A stretch of 64,000 nucleotides of DNA from the human T2T-CHM13v2.0 reference genome, Homo sapiens, in the NCBI RefSeq assembly GCF_009914755.1, contig NC_060944.1. One strand, given 5' to 3'. Positions 34,885-63,622 of the stretch are shown here, in pieces. Made by a program: the position numbers and the translations under genes. Numbering within the stretch: the stretch's first letter is position 1; each line of letters opens with the position of its first letter. Under the pieces are notes generated by a model. It was not told where the DNA came from. It saw only the letters and a list, made by a program, of their open reading frames with translations, and ran no database searches.

Positions 34885-34910
34885 TACCCCCATCTCGGGA
34901 GGATCTTTAC

Positions 34911-35109
34911 CTGGCTGTTGATGTTATTGTTTTCTCCAAACACCAGGATACCCCCGAGGAAGGCCGCCAGGAATGCGTGTGCTGGGTAGGTCTTGCCTTG
35001 TATGTAGGACTGCAGGGCACGGAGACCCTTGTAGGTGAACACAAACCGTGCCAGGTTCCAGGAGTGGATATATGTGGCCTGCAGTATGGCCCACAGCTTC
35101 TCCTGGAGG
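34911..35109 (-). CDS. PXMP4: PXMP4 exon 3
   Basis: TGCAG|CCTCCAG and CAG|GTAAAG; LQEKLWAILQATYIHSWNLARFVFTYKG...NNNINSQ. Confidence 0.96.
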
Positions 35110-36043
35110 CTGCACAAACACAGGTGCCCCTGCCATGAGTGCAGGCTCAGCAGCCCCAAAGGGCTTTTACGCACTGGGCATGCCTAACAACCAGCCAAGG
35201 AGCTCGGAGTAATGCTCATTCAGTCACCGGCCTCTACCCTTCATGTTCTCTCCCTTGATTCAGGCCTTGACTCAGTGCCACCTCCCCAAGGAGACCCTCC
35301 CTGATCACCCTACAGAACAGAATACCCATCACATCCTGTCCTGACCCTAATTTTCTTTTCCTTCCTAGCTATGGTCACCAACCGACATTTATGTGCTTGT
35401 TTATTATCTTCCCTCACCCCAGTAGCAGCTATAGGAGGGTGGTGTCTGGATCTGGCTTGTTCATCTGCAGGGCTTGGCACGTAGTAGGTGCTTAATAAAT
35501 GTTTTTTTGAGTAAACATGTGAAGGAGTGAGTGTCTGCCATGTGCTGGATGTGGGGGTACGATTCTGAGAAGAAACAGATCTGCTCGCCACCCTCAGGGG
35601 CTTATGATCTACTGGGAGAGGAAAATGTTAAATAAATAATCACAAAAAGAACTTTGACCTTGACAAGAGATGGCGCTGGGATCTTCCCGATGAGGAGGTC
35701 AAGAGGGGAGGAGAGCCACATCCCAGGCAGAGGGCTCAGCACGTGCCACGCCCGGAGGAGGGTCAGGGAGTATGAGGAAAGGAGCAGAGAGAAGCCACCG
35801 TGGCCATGGGCAGAGAACCAGAGAGTTTGTGGGGAGGGTGCAGGGCAAAGACAGTGGGGCCATGCTGAGTTTGGTCTTTATCCTGAGAAGTGAACATTTA
35901 GATAGAGGAGGCTATTCTTTTTATCTCTTAAAAATCACTAGAGGCCAGGTGCAGTGGCTCACACCTATAACCCCAACACTTTGGGAGGCTGAGCTGAGAT
36001 GGTGCCACTGCATTCCAGCCTGGACGACAGAGACTCTACCTTA

Positions 36044-36199
<156 letters not shown>

Positions 36200-36650
36200 T
36201 TAGCCAGGTGTGGTGGCACACGCGTGTAGTTCCTGCTACTTGGGAGGCTGAAGGAGGAGGTTTGCTTGAGTCTGCAGTGAACTGTGATTGTGCCACAGCA
36301 CTCCAGTCTGGGTGACAGAGACCCTGTCTCTAAAAATTAAAAAAAAAAAAAAAAATCACTAGGGGGCAGGAAGGATAACACAGAGAAGGAGCAGAGTCTA
36401 CTCCTCCCAATTCAGGAATGGCAAACTCAGGTGCTCTTAAGGCTAGACGAAGACCCTAAATGAGTGAGAGGGTCCACGGGGAAATCTTCCAGGTGACTGG
36501 GGACAGCCGGGAGCAGATGGCTCTCACCCCGCGCAAACACAGGCCCCAGTGTTGCCAGTTCTAAGGCAGGAAAGCTGGATTTCCATGTGGAATCTACCAG
36601 TTTTTAAATGTTGGCACTAACCCTGCCTTCAAAATGTGTCTAGAGACTGA

Positions 36651-37221
<571 letters not shown>

Positions 37222-39029
37222 TGATCTGCCTGCCTCGGCTTCCCAAAGTGCTGGGATTACAGGCATGAGCCACTGTGCCCAACCTAATCTTTGTATTTTT
37301 CAGTAGAGACAGGGTTTTGCCATGTTGGCCAGACTGGTCTCGAACTCCTGACCTCAAGTGTACCACCTCGGCCTCCCAAAATGTTGGGATTATAGGCGTG
37401 AGCCACTGCGCCTGGCCTAGCAGCAAATTCTTAACTCTCACGCTGTTAACACATAAGTCAAATAATGGTGCAGCCCTGCTCAAAATCTTACAACAATTTC
37501 CCATTGCACTTAAAGGAAAAGCCAAATTCCTCTCTATGACCCAAAGCTGGAAAGGACCAACCCAGGTCAAGCTGTGACCCGCCTCTCTGTCCTCTCTCCC
37601 CTTCAGCCCCTCTGCTCCAGCCTCCTCACACTTATCAAGCAGGATCCTATCTCAAGGTCTTTGCACTGGCTATGCCCGTGGCCTGGAACACTCACTCTTT
37701 CCCCTCATATCCACCTGGACAACTCTGTCTCCTTCAAGTCTTTACTCCAATGTCACTTTCTCATAGCGGCCTTCCCTATTTAATTCTGCAACCTGTCCCC
37801 TCAGCACTTCTGATGCCCTTTCCCTTTTTCCCTGCTCTAATTTTGCTTTTCCATAACCATAGCACCTTCTAACATACCACAGACTCTCCTTACTATGTTT
37901 ATTTTCTGCCACCCCCTGCTAGAATGTCAGCAGGAGTCACTGTCCGTTTTGTTCACTGCTGTATCCCCAGTACCTAGAACAGTGTCTGGCACATAGCAGA
38001 TGCTCAATAAATATCTGCTGAATGAACACATGAGTTCAGTTTTTCAAAAAATGACTTGGAGGACAACAAAAACAAAATAGAAAAAAATAAATAAGATAAA
38101 AATACAAAATGAGCACATCTTGCAAGTTGGATTTGGCCTGGAGGCTGCCAGTGCATGATTCCTGTATGTTCCACATGAGCCTATATGCATTAAACACTAG
38201 ACCGCAACCCGTTTTCTGAGAAGTGCCTTGAGGGAAGAGCTACGGGAGATGACAGGAAGGTGAAGATGCTTCAGCGAGAGACAAGAGATCAGGGAGCTTT
38301 GAGGAGGAAGTGATCCTCAGAGAACTGGTCTGGATTGCCAGGAGGGAAGTAAAGGTGGAGTGCGAGCCAAAGGCACTCCTGGCGGGGGTGCTGCGTGAGC
38401 AGATGTGTGCAGGTGGAGCTATACACATGGCATGTGCATGGAATGGCAGCGAGTTCTGTGTGCCAAGGGCACGCCAGGGTGGACACAACGGGGGTCAGCT
38501 GAGGCCAGACTGCAGAAGGCCCTGAAGGCCAGGCCTGGAAGCTGGGCTTCCTTGGAGGGCACAGGGAGTTTTCAAGCAGGGATAATGGGATCAGAGTTGG
38601 ACTTTAGGGCCGGGCACGGTGACTCACACCTGTAATCTCAGCACTGTGGAAGGCCCCTGAAGTCAGGAGTTCAAGACCAGCCTGGCCAATATGGTAAAAC
38701 TCCATCTCTACTAAAAATACAAAAATTAGCCAGGTGTGGTGGTGGGTGCCTATAGTCCCAGCTACTCAGGAGACTGAAGCAGGAGAATCGCTTGAACCCC
38801 AGAGGCGGAGGTTGCAGTGAACCGAGATCATCACCGCACTCTGACCTGGGTGACAGAGAGAGACTCCATCTCAACAACAACAACAACAACAACAACAAAA
38901 CACAACAAAAAAAGAGTTGAACTTTAGAAGGCGTGATGGGGGGACAGGGTAGACCCAGCTAAGAAGCTATTACGACTGTCCTGGCACTGAGGGCTGACCA
39001 CATTCTCTCCCAGTTTGAGGGATGTGTAC

Positions 39030-39092
39030 CTGCCATTCCGGAAGAGAAAGGTCATGACCAGCGCGTGAGGGGCCCGGATTTTGGCTCCATAG
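39030..39092 (-). CDS. PXMP4: PXMP4 exon 2
   Basis: TACAG|CTAT and AG|GTAC; YGAKIRAPHALVMTFLFRNG. Confidence 0.96.
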
Positions 39093-39451
39093 CTGTAGAA
39101 ACAGAAGAAAACAGTTACTATAATGTCACTGTGTCGCACTTTCTTTTTGGGCTGTCCTTTTGACCCCTTGTTCTCTCCCCCCATCCCAAATTCTAACACC
39201 ACTTTGGGAGGGGAAATCATGCTGGATGCAAATCCTGGCTCTGATACTTCCTGGTAGTATGGTCTCAGGCGCGTCCTTTAACTTCTCTCAGACTCAGTTT
39301 CCGCACCATAAAAAGGGATGTTTATTTTTAATTATTTAGCGACAGAGCCTCACTTTGTCTCCCAGGCTGGTGTGCAGTGGTACGATCATAGCTCACTGCA
39401 GCCCTGAACTCCTGGAATCCAGCGATCCTCCAGCCTCACCTCCCTGAGTAG

Positions 39452-39797
<346 letters not shown>

Positions 39798-39800
39798 TGA

Positions 39801-39970
<170 letters not shown>

Positions 39971-40116
39971 TAAGGTTTCTCCATGTTGGCCAGGCTGGTC
40001 TCAAACTCCTGAGCTCAGGTGATCTGCCCGCCTTGGCCTCCTAAAGTGCTGGGATTACAGGCGTGAGCCACTGTGCCCCGCCCCATAATTTTGATGGAAG
40101 GAGATGGTACATGTAA

Positions 40117-40560
<444 letters not shown>

Positions 40561-41250
40561 TAACACCTTTCCACTACTCACAGAACAAATTCCAAGCTCT
40601 TCCCTGCAGCCTTGAAAGTGCTATAGCCTTGGCCCCTGCTCACTGCTCCTACCTCACCCCAGGGCCCTCCTCTGCTGCTCCAGCCACACTGTCCTTCCTG
40701 GACTGCATCTGACACATCAGGTTCTTCTCTGCTCCTGGCTTTGGCCTGGCAGTTCCTACTACCTGGCGTGCTCCTCCCCAGCCACCTTCCCTCAGCCTTC
40801 CGGTCTCAGCTGGGCCCTCTGCAAAGGCCTCCTGATGCTCCAGCCTAGGTTTGAGCAATTTTTCATTGCCACAGATCCCAAAACTTCTCTCCAGCACTTC
40901 ATCTTCCCAATTTAATGACTCGGTTATTCAGTATTTATTCTATTATAATGATCTCTTTCCTGTGCTAGACTGTGGGCTCTGTGAAGACAGGGAATGTGTC
41001 TGGCTTGTCATCTGCATAGTCCCTAGCATAGTACCCCACATGGTACCTGACATATAACATGTGCTTGATAAATAACTGTTGACTGACCGATGCCAGAACA
41101 CCCCTTACCCATGACAATGTCATTTCTAGAAGGTTCTGTCTTCAGCTTAGCTCATCTTAAAGTTAACAGATTCCCTAAAACAGCTGTTAGGTAACACTGT
41201 ACCTATTCAAAATGTACCTCTTTCTAACTATTATACAAAGAAGGACCTCA

Positions 41251-41646
<396 letters not shown>

Positions 41647-41680
41647 TTAAACTTTTCTAGACTTCCAGAATTATCTATGA

Positions 41681-42103
<423 letters not shown>

Positions 42104-42760
42104 TCATTTAGGGATCTAGGAATGACGTGAACAAGACCATGTTTACTTTCATTGTTTTAACTATACTCAGATGAATAGTAGAAAGACAGTGGTATTTGGG
42201 CCAAAGCCCTGCCATGTTTTGCTATGTGAGCTTGGATAAATTAGTTAACCTCTCTGAACCTCCCTTTTCCCATCAACAAAAGGTATTCTCCATTTTACAG
42301 AATGGCTTTTGGCAGTTACGCACATATAAAAGTTCCTAGGTCAATCAATATTAGTGTCTCTTCTTTTCTTACTCTTCTTTATTGGACACCTCCACCCCTA
42401 CCCCTATCCCTAAGTTCTCCAGGTACCCAACCCTGGTCTTACCAGGCTACAAGGTCTAAAAATCCTGACAGCCTCCTTGAGACAATGGTCATGAGCCACA
42501 TACTATTGTCTCCCCAAATATACATGAATGTTCACTGCAGGCTTGTTTGAAAAAACAAAAGACTGGAATCAAACCTGTGTCCAAGGCTGGGTGTGGTGGC
42601 TCACGCCTGTAATCCCAGCACAATGGGAGGCCGAGACAGGCCGATCACGAGGTCAGGAGATCGAGCCCATCCTGGCTAACACGGTGAAACCCTGTCTCTA
42701 CTAAAAATACAAAAAAATTAGCCGGGCGTGGTGGTGGGTGCCTGTAGTCCCAGCTACTCA

Positions 42761-42973
<213 letters not shown>

Positions 42974-43228
42974 CTACCTGACTCTTGAGTGTCCATGGGA
43001 GCCAAGAGCCTGGCACTGGTGCCAGGCATCCTTGGGTTTGAATCCCGGCTCCAACCGTGACCAAGTGCTGTGGCCACGAGCAATGGGTCTACCTCTGAGC
43101 TACAGCCTTTTCATCTGGAAAATGGGGACAATGGCAATTCTGATCTTGCACACTTATTCATTCATTCAATAAATATTTCAGAAACTACTAAATACCAGGT
43201 GCTAGTAATACACCAAGGAACAAAATAG

Positions 43229-43464
<236 letters not shown>

Positions 43465-44329
43465 TAGTCTCGAACTCCTGACCTCAGATAATCCGCCTGC
43501 CTCGGCCTCCCAAAGTGCTAGGATTACAGGTGTGAGCCACCGTGGCCAGCCTGTGCTAAGCATTTCACACATATTGACTCAATCCTGATAGTATAAGTAC
43601 TAGTACCATGCCCATTTTACAGATATTGAGGCTTAGAGAGGCTAAATGACTTCCTCCAGATCACACGGGTAGGTGGGGCCAGGGTTCAAGCCAAGGCATC
43701 CACATCCTTCCCACCATCCCACGTTGCCACTAGGATGCCAATTCTGGGGGACACAAACCACTTTCTCTGGTTTGTTCTCTGCTTTGTCCCCGGTTCTGGC
43801 ACTGTAGGCCCTCAATAAATGGTGGCTGTTATGCACTAGGTTTAAAGGAGACTGAGCTCCCCTCTAGGCACCAGCCAGGGCAATGACCCCAAGACCTCTC
43901 TTGCAGGTAAGATGCCAGGATAGTTGCAGCTTCTTTTACATTCATTGTCACGTCCCAGGAGCCCCCTGAGCCGAACGGGACTTAGCGCTGGAGTCCTACA
44001 GGTGAGAAGTGAGAAGCAGGATGCAAGCCCATGGGCAAGCTTCATGGGGACAGAATAGACAGGAGGCATCCGCCTGCCAGCTAGAGGCCAGAGTCCAGTT
44101 CCCCATTGTGCAGATGGGGCCGTTGAGGCCCAAAGGCACACAGAGAGGTGAGGTGAACTGAACCCAAATGAGGGGATACAGAAGCTGGCATGGGAGGAGT
44201 CAAAGCAAGAGGGCCAGGCTGCAAAGGTTGGAAGACCCAGAAAATGTGCAGTGGGAGCCCCAGTTCAGAGCTGGGAAGGCGCGCAAGCCAAAATCCAGCT
44301 CCCATTGCACAGATGGTGACCTCCGAGAC

Positions 44330-44850
44330 TTAGAGACACACGAGGACTGCTCCAGGGCAAACAGCACCGCGGCATCGGACTTCGAACTCGCGCCTCTGAC
44401 CCCAGGCAGGACATCCCTCAGCCCCAGCCCGGCCCGACGGCCCCACTCACACAGCCCCGTTCCGGAAGCCCTTAAGCACGGCCAACGCAGCGTGGTAGCG
44501 GCGCTTGCGCAGCAGTGCGTTGACGACTACGAGCAGAGCCCTTAGCTGCGGCGGGGCTGCCATAGTGCGGGCTGCGCGCAGGGTCGGGGTTAGGAACTGT
44601 AAGCGCACTGACAGCCGGAGGTTCCAGCTGCGCGCCCACAGCCCCTCGGTAGCGCCGCCGACTCGTGGCGTCTATAGGCTGTTTCTGCGTCACTCATGCA
44701 TGGAAGACCAATCAGAGAGCGTACTTGTCTCATGGGACAATAGCACTCATCGAAATAGTTGTCTGACTGGAAGAGAAAGGAAAGCTTGTAGCCAATCACA
44801 GTGGGCTCCGCCCAAGGTCACACACGATTTGTCCAATCAGAAGGCACTTT
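44330..44850 (-). promoter_or_regulatory. PXMP4: PXMP4 CpG-island promoter with three CCAAT boxes
   Basis: CpG-rich; CCAATC at 44708, 44792 and 44833; TGCGTCA CRE-like site near 44686. Confidence 0.75.
44451..44563 (-). CDS. PXMP4: PXMP4 exon 1 (peroxisomal membrane protein 4 / PMP24)
   Basis: ATG 44563, MAAPPQLRALLVVVNALLRKRRYHAALAVLKGFRNGAV, GT|GTGAGT donor; the four exons sum to 639 nt = 212 aa + stop. Confidence 0.96.
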
Positions 44851-45084
44851 CCCTTGGGCCATGTTGGGTTCACGAGTGGGTTTGGAAGGAGGCGTGTACT
44901 TGGAAGGAGGGCTCCTGAATGAGGAGTGGCCCTGCTTAGAGATGGGATGGGCGACAGGTGATGATACAGGGAGGAGCAGGGCCCCATCTTTATGCGAGAT
45001 AGTTCTGACTGGGATATCCTTTACCATAGCGATCTTCCCAGAGTGTCAGTCACATGGCCCCTCAATGGCTTCCATGTACGTATG

Positions 45085-52427
<7,343 letters not shown>

Positions 52428-52599
52428 CAGGTTGGGTTTTCTGTGGGGAACATTTGCTCAGGGCTCACTGTGCAGGGGGGAATGGGAAGGGAAATGGAGG
52501 TAAGGGGGTAGCAGTGGTGTGCACAGGGGTGGTGTTCAGGGAAGTACAAGGAGTTCACCGGCAGAAATGGGCCTTGAGGGGGTAAATAGGCAGAGAGTC

Positions 52600-53062
52600 T
52601 GTGAGGCTATTCTGTGAAAGGGCCATATATACAAAGTGGTCCCCAAATGCCAACGGAGCCAAAAAACCAAGGAATGAGGCAGACAAATTCAGTTTGTCAG
52701 TAAAGGGTGTTTTAATGGGGGATCTTAAAAGCAGCATGGGCTTGGGCGGCAGCAAGACAGGAGATCTCTCCCTCTGTTACCCCAAGACTTAGGCCTTATA
52801 TTCCACAGGGAAAGAGTTTTAAGTGCTCTCTGCAAGACAATTAAAGGAAACTTCCAGAGCAGACAAGAATGCTGTATGTTTCATAGCTTATAATTTATGC
52901 AATAACATCAGGGCGGCATATAGCTTATAATTTGTGCAATAACATCAGGCTGACTAGGGACAGTAAATAAAGTAGGAATCAGGAGGCATTCACGGGACTG
53001 GGGCTAATCAGAAGTCAACATGGGGGATTAGCATCCAAGATGGAGTCACTTTTGTCTCCACA
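52600..53062 (-). mobile_element. Solo ERV1-class LTR (LTR15-like)
   Basis: TG...CA termini on - (TGTGGAGACAAAAGTGACTCCATCTTGG...), near-TSD gagtc/gagac; family by recognition only. Confidence 0.6.
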
Positions 53063-53432
53063 GAGACAACTTGTCAGGAACAGTGGCTAGCAGGGTTCCC
53101 CAAGGGGAGAGGAACTTTGAAAAAACAATTTTAAAAAATTGTAGTTCACAGGTCTCAAACTCCTGGGCTCATGCAGTCCTCCTGCCTTGGCCTCTCAAAG
53201 TGCTAGGCTTAGAGCAGTGCGCCACCATGCCCAGCTGCAAACAAATAATTTTTAATTGTAGGAGTTATATAGTGAATACAAGAAAATGAAAATTATGATA
53301 TTTGTTATTTATTTAGCTGAGGCTAAAATAGGTATTTTAGTAAAACCAATGAGAACATTTAGAGTCCAATCCATGGTTGTCCCGTTGTATGACGATGTGG
53401 CCATGATCATGGGAGAGATTCATGATTGATGG

Positions 53433-54622
<1,190 letters not shown>

Positions 54623-54793
54623 CTAAACTCTTGCTTGTTTCCCAAGGGTACTTTGAAACCACTATCACACATTGATTATTGAGAAAGGGTCTCACTCTGT
54701 TGCCTAGGCTTGAGTGCAGTGGTGAGATCATAGCCCACTGCAGCCTCTACTTCCTAGGCTTAAGCAATTCTCCTGCCTCAGCCTCCTGAGTAG

Positions 54794-54973
<180 letters not shown>

Positions 54974-54987
54974 TAAATAACCTTTAA

Positions 54988-55275
<288 letters not shown>

Positions 55276-56089
55276 TGAGCCGCCGCGCCTGGCCTAATGT
55301 CGGTCTTTCTTCCCACCTCTAACTCCATGGGAAAGGACCACCATGTCTCTAGAGCTATTACGGGACTTGGTGCATAGCAGGCCGTTAATAAGCAGTTGAT
55401 GGAGGATGAATGAAGATGAGAGGGGTCTGTGTGTGTAGGGGAAGTCCCAGTGAGGAGCACCTCTCATTCTGTGAGACCTGGATAGGACCCCTCGGAGGCT
55501 GGGCTAGGAGTGGCTGGGGTGGGTGTTGGGGGTTTATGTGACAGAAATGGGGTCCCAACAAGCAGGGATGGAGGGTGAAGAGATGGAGTTACTTAAGAGA
55601 TAATGGGATCCCCAGCACGGAGACCCACGCCTGTAATCCCAGTGCTTTGGGAGGCCGAGACGTGAGGATCGCTGGAGGCCAGAAGTTGACACCAGCCTGG
55701 ACAAAATAGTGAGACCCTGATCTCTACAAAAAAATAAAAATAAAAATTAGTAGGACATGGTGGCGTGTGCCGGTAGTCCCCGCTACTCTGGAGGCTGAGG
55801 CGGGCTCCCAACAGGCAGAGTTGAGCAGGGTAGTAGGGGCGGGAAGTCTCTAATAGGGGATGAGGGATGGGAATCTATGTTGTACAGCCTGGAGATCCCT
55901 GTGACAGTTGGGTGGTCTGGGTGAGATGGGATAGGGGTCATGGTTTGTTGCAGAGTCGGGGTATACTGTGCTCAGCGGAAATGGGGTCCGTGCAGCAGAC
56001 CTGGAGGACTCACGTGCTGTGGGAATGGGGGATTCTGTGTCAGAGCTGGGGGGTCGGGTCCGGTGAGATGGGGATGCGGATTTAGATAA

Positions 56090-57100
56090 TAGGGATGGGA
56101 AGTTCCGCGTGTGCGGCGGATATAAGGTCGGTGTAGACTTGGTCGTTCAAGTGAGGCGGGGTCCACACTCGGTGGCCCGGTGACTGGGTTATCGAGTGGA
56201 GCCAGGGCAGCCCAGAGATGCTGGGGTCCCGCGAGCCTAGGTTGGGTTTCCAGGGCTGGGGGCTCGGCGGCGGCTCCTGGGCGCCCCCTGGCGGCCCCGA
56301 CTCAACCGCCACGGCTCCCACAATGCTCGCGTAGCCGGGCTTCGGTTCCTGTGGCGGCGACGGCGGCGGCTCCAAGATGGCGCAGGCGATCTTTGAGGCC
56401 CTGGAGGGTGAGCGGCGGCGGGGCCGGCGGAGGCGGCTGTTCCGCGCTGCGCCCCCTCCCGCCGCGCCCTCGCAGCGCCCGGCCTAGGGCGCGCAGCGGC
56501 CGCGGGGCGGAGGGCGCCGGGGCTGGAACAGCCGCGGGGCGGGAGGGGCGCGGGCGGGAACAGCGCGGGAGCCGAGGCCCGGCGGGGGAGCTCCGGGGCC
56601 GGAACAGCCGGGGAGAGCCAGGCCGGCGGGGAGGGGGCTCGGGTCCGGAACAGCGCCAGCCTGGGCGGCCTTGGGCGGGCGCGGGAGGGGCTCCCTGCAG
56701 GGAACTGCGCGGGAGGCGACGGCGGGGCGGTCTGGAACAGCCGCGGCCAGGGAGGCGGCTTGGCGGCGCGCGGGGCCCGGGACGGGGGTGCGGTCGCAGC
56801 TGCGGGCAGGAGGGCCTCGGCGGCCTGACCACGAAGAACTTCTGCGGAGCGGACTGTATGCCTCGTGCTAGGACGTAGTCTCAAAATCAGACCACAGCAG
56901 CAGAGGCGCCACCTGTGTGCACAGCCTGGACTCAGAGCTTAGGGACCCAAGCCAGCAAACACCTGGCGCCTGCAGTGCGCACCGTGGCCGGTGCAGTTTT
57001 ACAAATTAAACTGACACCGTGGGTGCTGGCGCGGTGTGCCCGGCCGGGACGCGGTGTTCCCAGACCCAGGCCAGCAAACGCTGGGTGCCGACAGACTGTT
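56090..57100 (+). promoter_or_regulatory. ZNF341: ZNF341 CpG-island promoter / intron 1 regulatory region
   Basis: High CpG density; YY1-type CAAGATGGCG over the start codon; repeated GGAACAGC. Confidence 0.85.
56377..56407 (+). CDS. ZNF341: ZNF341 exon 1 coding part (MAQAIFEALE G); gene continues beyond the window
   Basis: AAGATGG Kozak, G|GTGAGC donor, recognised N-terminus, E2F1-PXMP4-ZNF341 synteny. Confidence 0.9.
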
Positions 57101-57366
57101 CCGTGCTCTGCAAGAACCTGGGATGGGGTTGGTGCTCAGGCTCAAAACTGTGGGCTTTGGAGACAGCAAACACTGAGCACCTCCATGTGTGCATCTGCTG
57201 GGCGTCGGGGAGGAAGGGCAGCCTTAGCGACTCGGGGCCATGGCGCAGAATAGATATTGTGGGAAATACAGACCAAGAATGGTCTTGGAGGAGTGGGATG
57301 AGATGAGTATACAGATAGGGTGCAAACTCGAAGTACTGGACTGGCGGGATGAAGCTGAAGCTTTGA

Positions 57367-59972
<2,606 letters not shown>

Positions 59973-60426
59973 TGCATTTGTTTAAATTTTTTTATTTTGA
60001 AATCACTTTTTCTGTAGATTCACATGCAGTTGTGGGAAATGATAAAGAGAGATCCCACGTGTCCTTGACCCCATTTCCCCTGGTGTAACATTTTGCACAA
60101 CTACAGTGTGTTACCACCAGTCAACATACAGAACAGGGGCATCACTCCAAGGAGTTGCCCTTTTATAGCCACACCCTAAATCCTCCCCTTCTCCCACCAT
60201 CCTTGATGCCTGGCAACCACTAATCTGTCTCCATTTGTAAAATTTTGTGATTTCAAGAATACTATATAAATGAAATCATAAAGTGTATACCATTGAGATG
60301 GGCTTTTTTCACCCGTCATAATTCCCTAGTGATTCATCCAAGTTGTTGTGTATAGCAATAGTTTGTTCCTTTTTATTGCTTAGTAGTATTCCATAGTATG
60401 GCTATTTCACCATTTAACCACTCACT

Positions 60427-60527
60427 GAAGAACATCTGAACTGTTTCCAGTTTTTACTATTTTTTTTTTTAGACCCTGTCTCAAAAAAAAAAAAAAGTAA
60501 AAACTGGAAACAGTTCAGATGTTCTTC
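60427..60527. repeat. ~100-bp near-perfect palindrome with 32-bp identical arms
   Basis: 60427-60458 is the exact reverse complement of 60496-60527. Confidence 0.95.
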
Positions 60528-60537
60528 TGAACCATTT

Positions 60538-61151
<614 letters not shown>

Positions 61152-61482
61152 TAGAAGATTCACTGAAGCTTGTTCAGGAGAGCTTGAACCCCAGGCTTGA
61201 AACTCCAGATATTGGAAGGAAGTAGACTGGGGTGAGTGAGACTGCCCAGGGACAGCATGAGAGGCAGAGGTGAGAGAGTCCAGACAAAGGAACAAAGGAC
61301 AAAGTGTTTCCTCAAAATGGAAACACTTAGGGGGTGGCCAGGAGAAGAGAGTAAAGGAGGCACAGAAAGGTAGAGAAGACCCAGGAAGGCTGTGCCCTGG
61401 AGCCAAGAACAGAGTGTTTCAGGGAGTGGCAGGTGCTGCCAGATGGTCTTTGGTGATGATGGGGAAAGTGTTTTGGTGGAAC

Positions 61483-62981
<1,499 letters not shown>

Positions 62982-63314
62982 GATAGTGGAGGGCTTAAGT
63001 CCCACTAGAGTGGGGAAGGAGAACTGGAAGGTGGTAGAAGAGATAGAGGGTGTAGGTGACCCTCATGGGATACTTGCCATTGAAGGGAGGAGAGATGGAA
63101 ACATGAATTTGCAGGAGGGCACTCTGGAGAGACTGATCGTGTGTAGCTGTGGATGGTTCCCAGGCACAGTGTGGTGAGAGTTGGTGGAGAGTGGCTTCTG
63201 AGGAGCAGGAGGAGATGGAGGGGAGGGCTGCGCTGGCAGCGTCAGGAGGGACACAGCCTGCATTGTGACAAGGGAAGGCATGGATTCAGTTTGGCTGCAG
63301 TAGCTGATGGTTTC

Positions 63315-63622
63315 AATTTTTTATTTTATTTTATTTTATTTTTGAGACGGAGTCTCACTCTGTCACCCAGGCTGGAGTGCAGTGGCGCCATCTCCGCTCA
63401 CTGCAACCTCCACCTCCCGGGTTCAAGCAGTTCTCTGCCTCAGCCTCCCTAGTAGCTGGGATTACAGGCACCCACCACCATGCCCAGCTAATTTTTGTAT
63501 TTTTAGTAGAGATGGGGTTTCACCATCTTGGCCAGGCTAGTCTTGAATTCCTAACCTCGTGATTCACCCGCCCCTGCCTCCCAAAGTGCTGGAATTACAG
63601 GCGTGAGCCACCATGCCCGGCC
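63315..63622 (-). mobile_element. AluS element
   Basis: Alu consensus. Confidence 0.88.

Noticed and set aside
56180-56884. Long ORFs on both strands over the ZNF341 CpG island
   Set aside because: GC-content artefacts; the real coding part is the 31-nt exon ending at a GT donor
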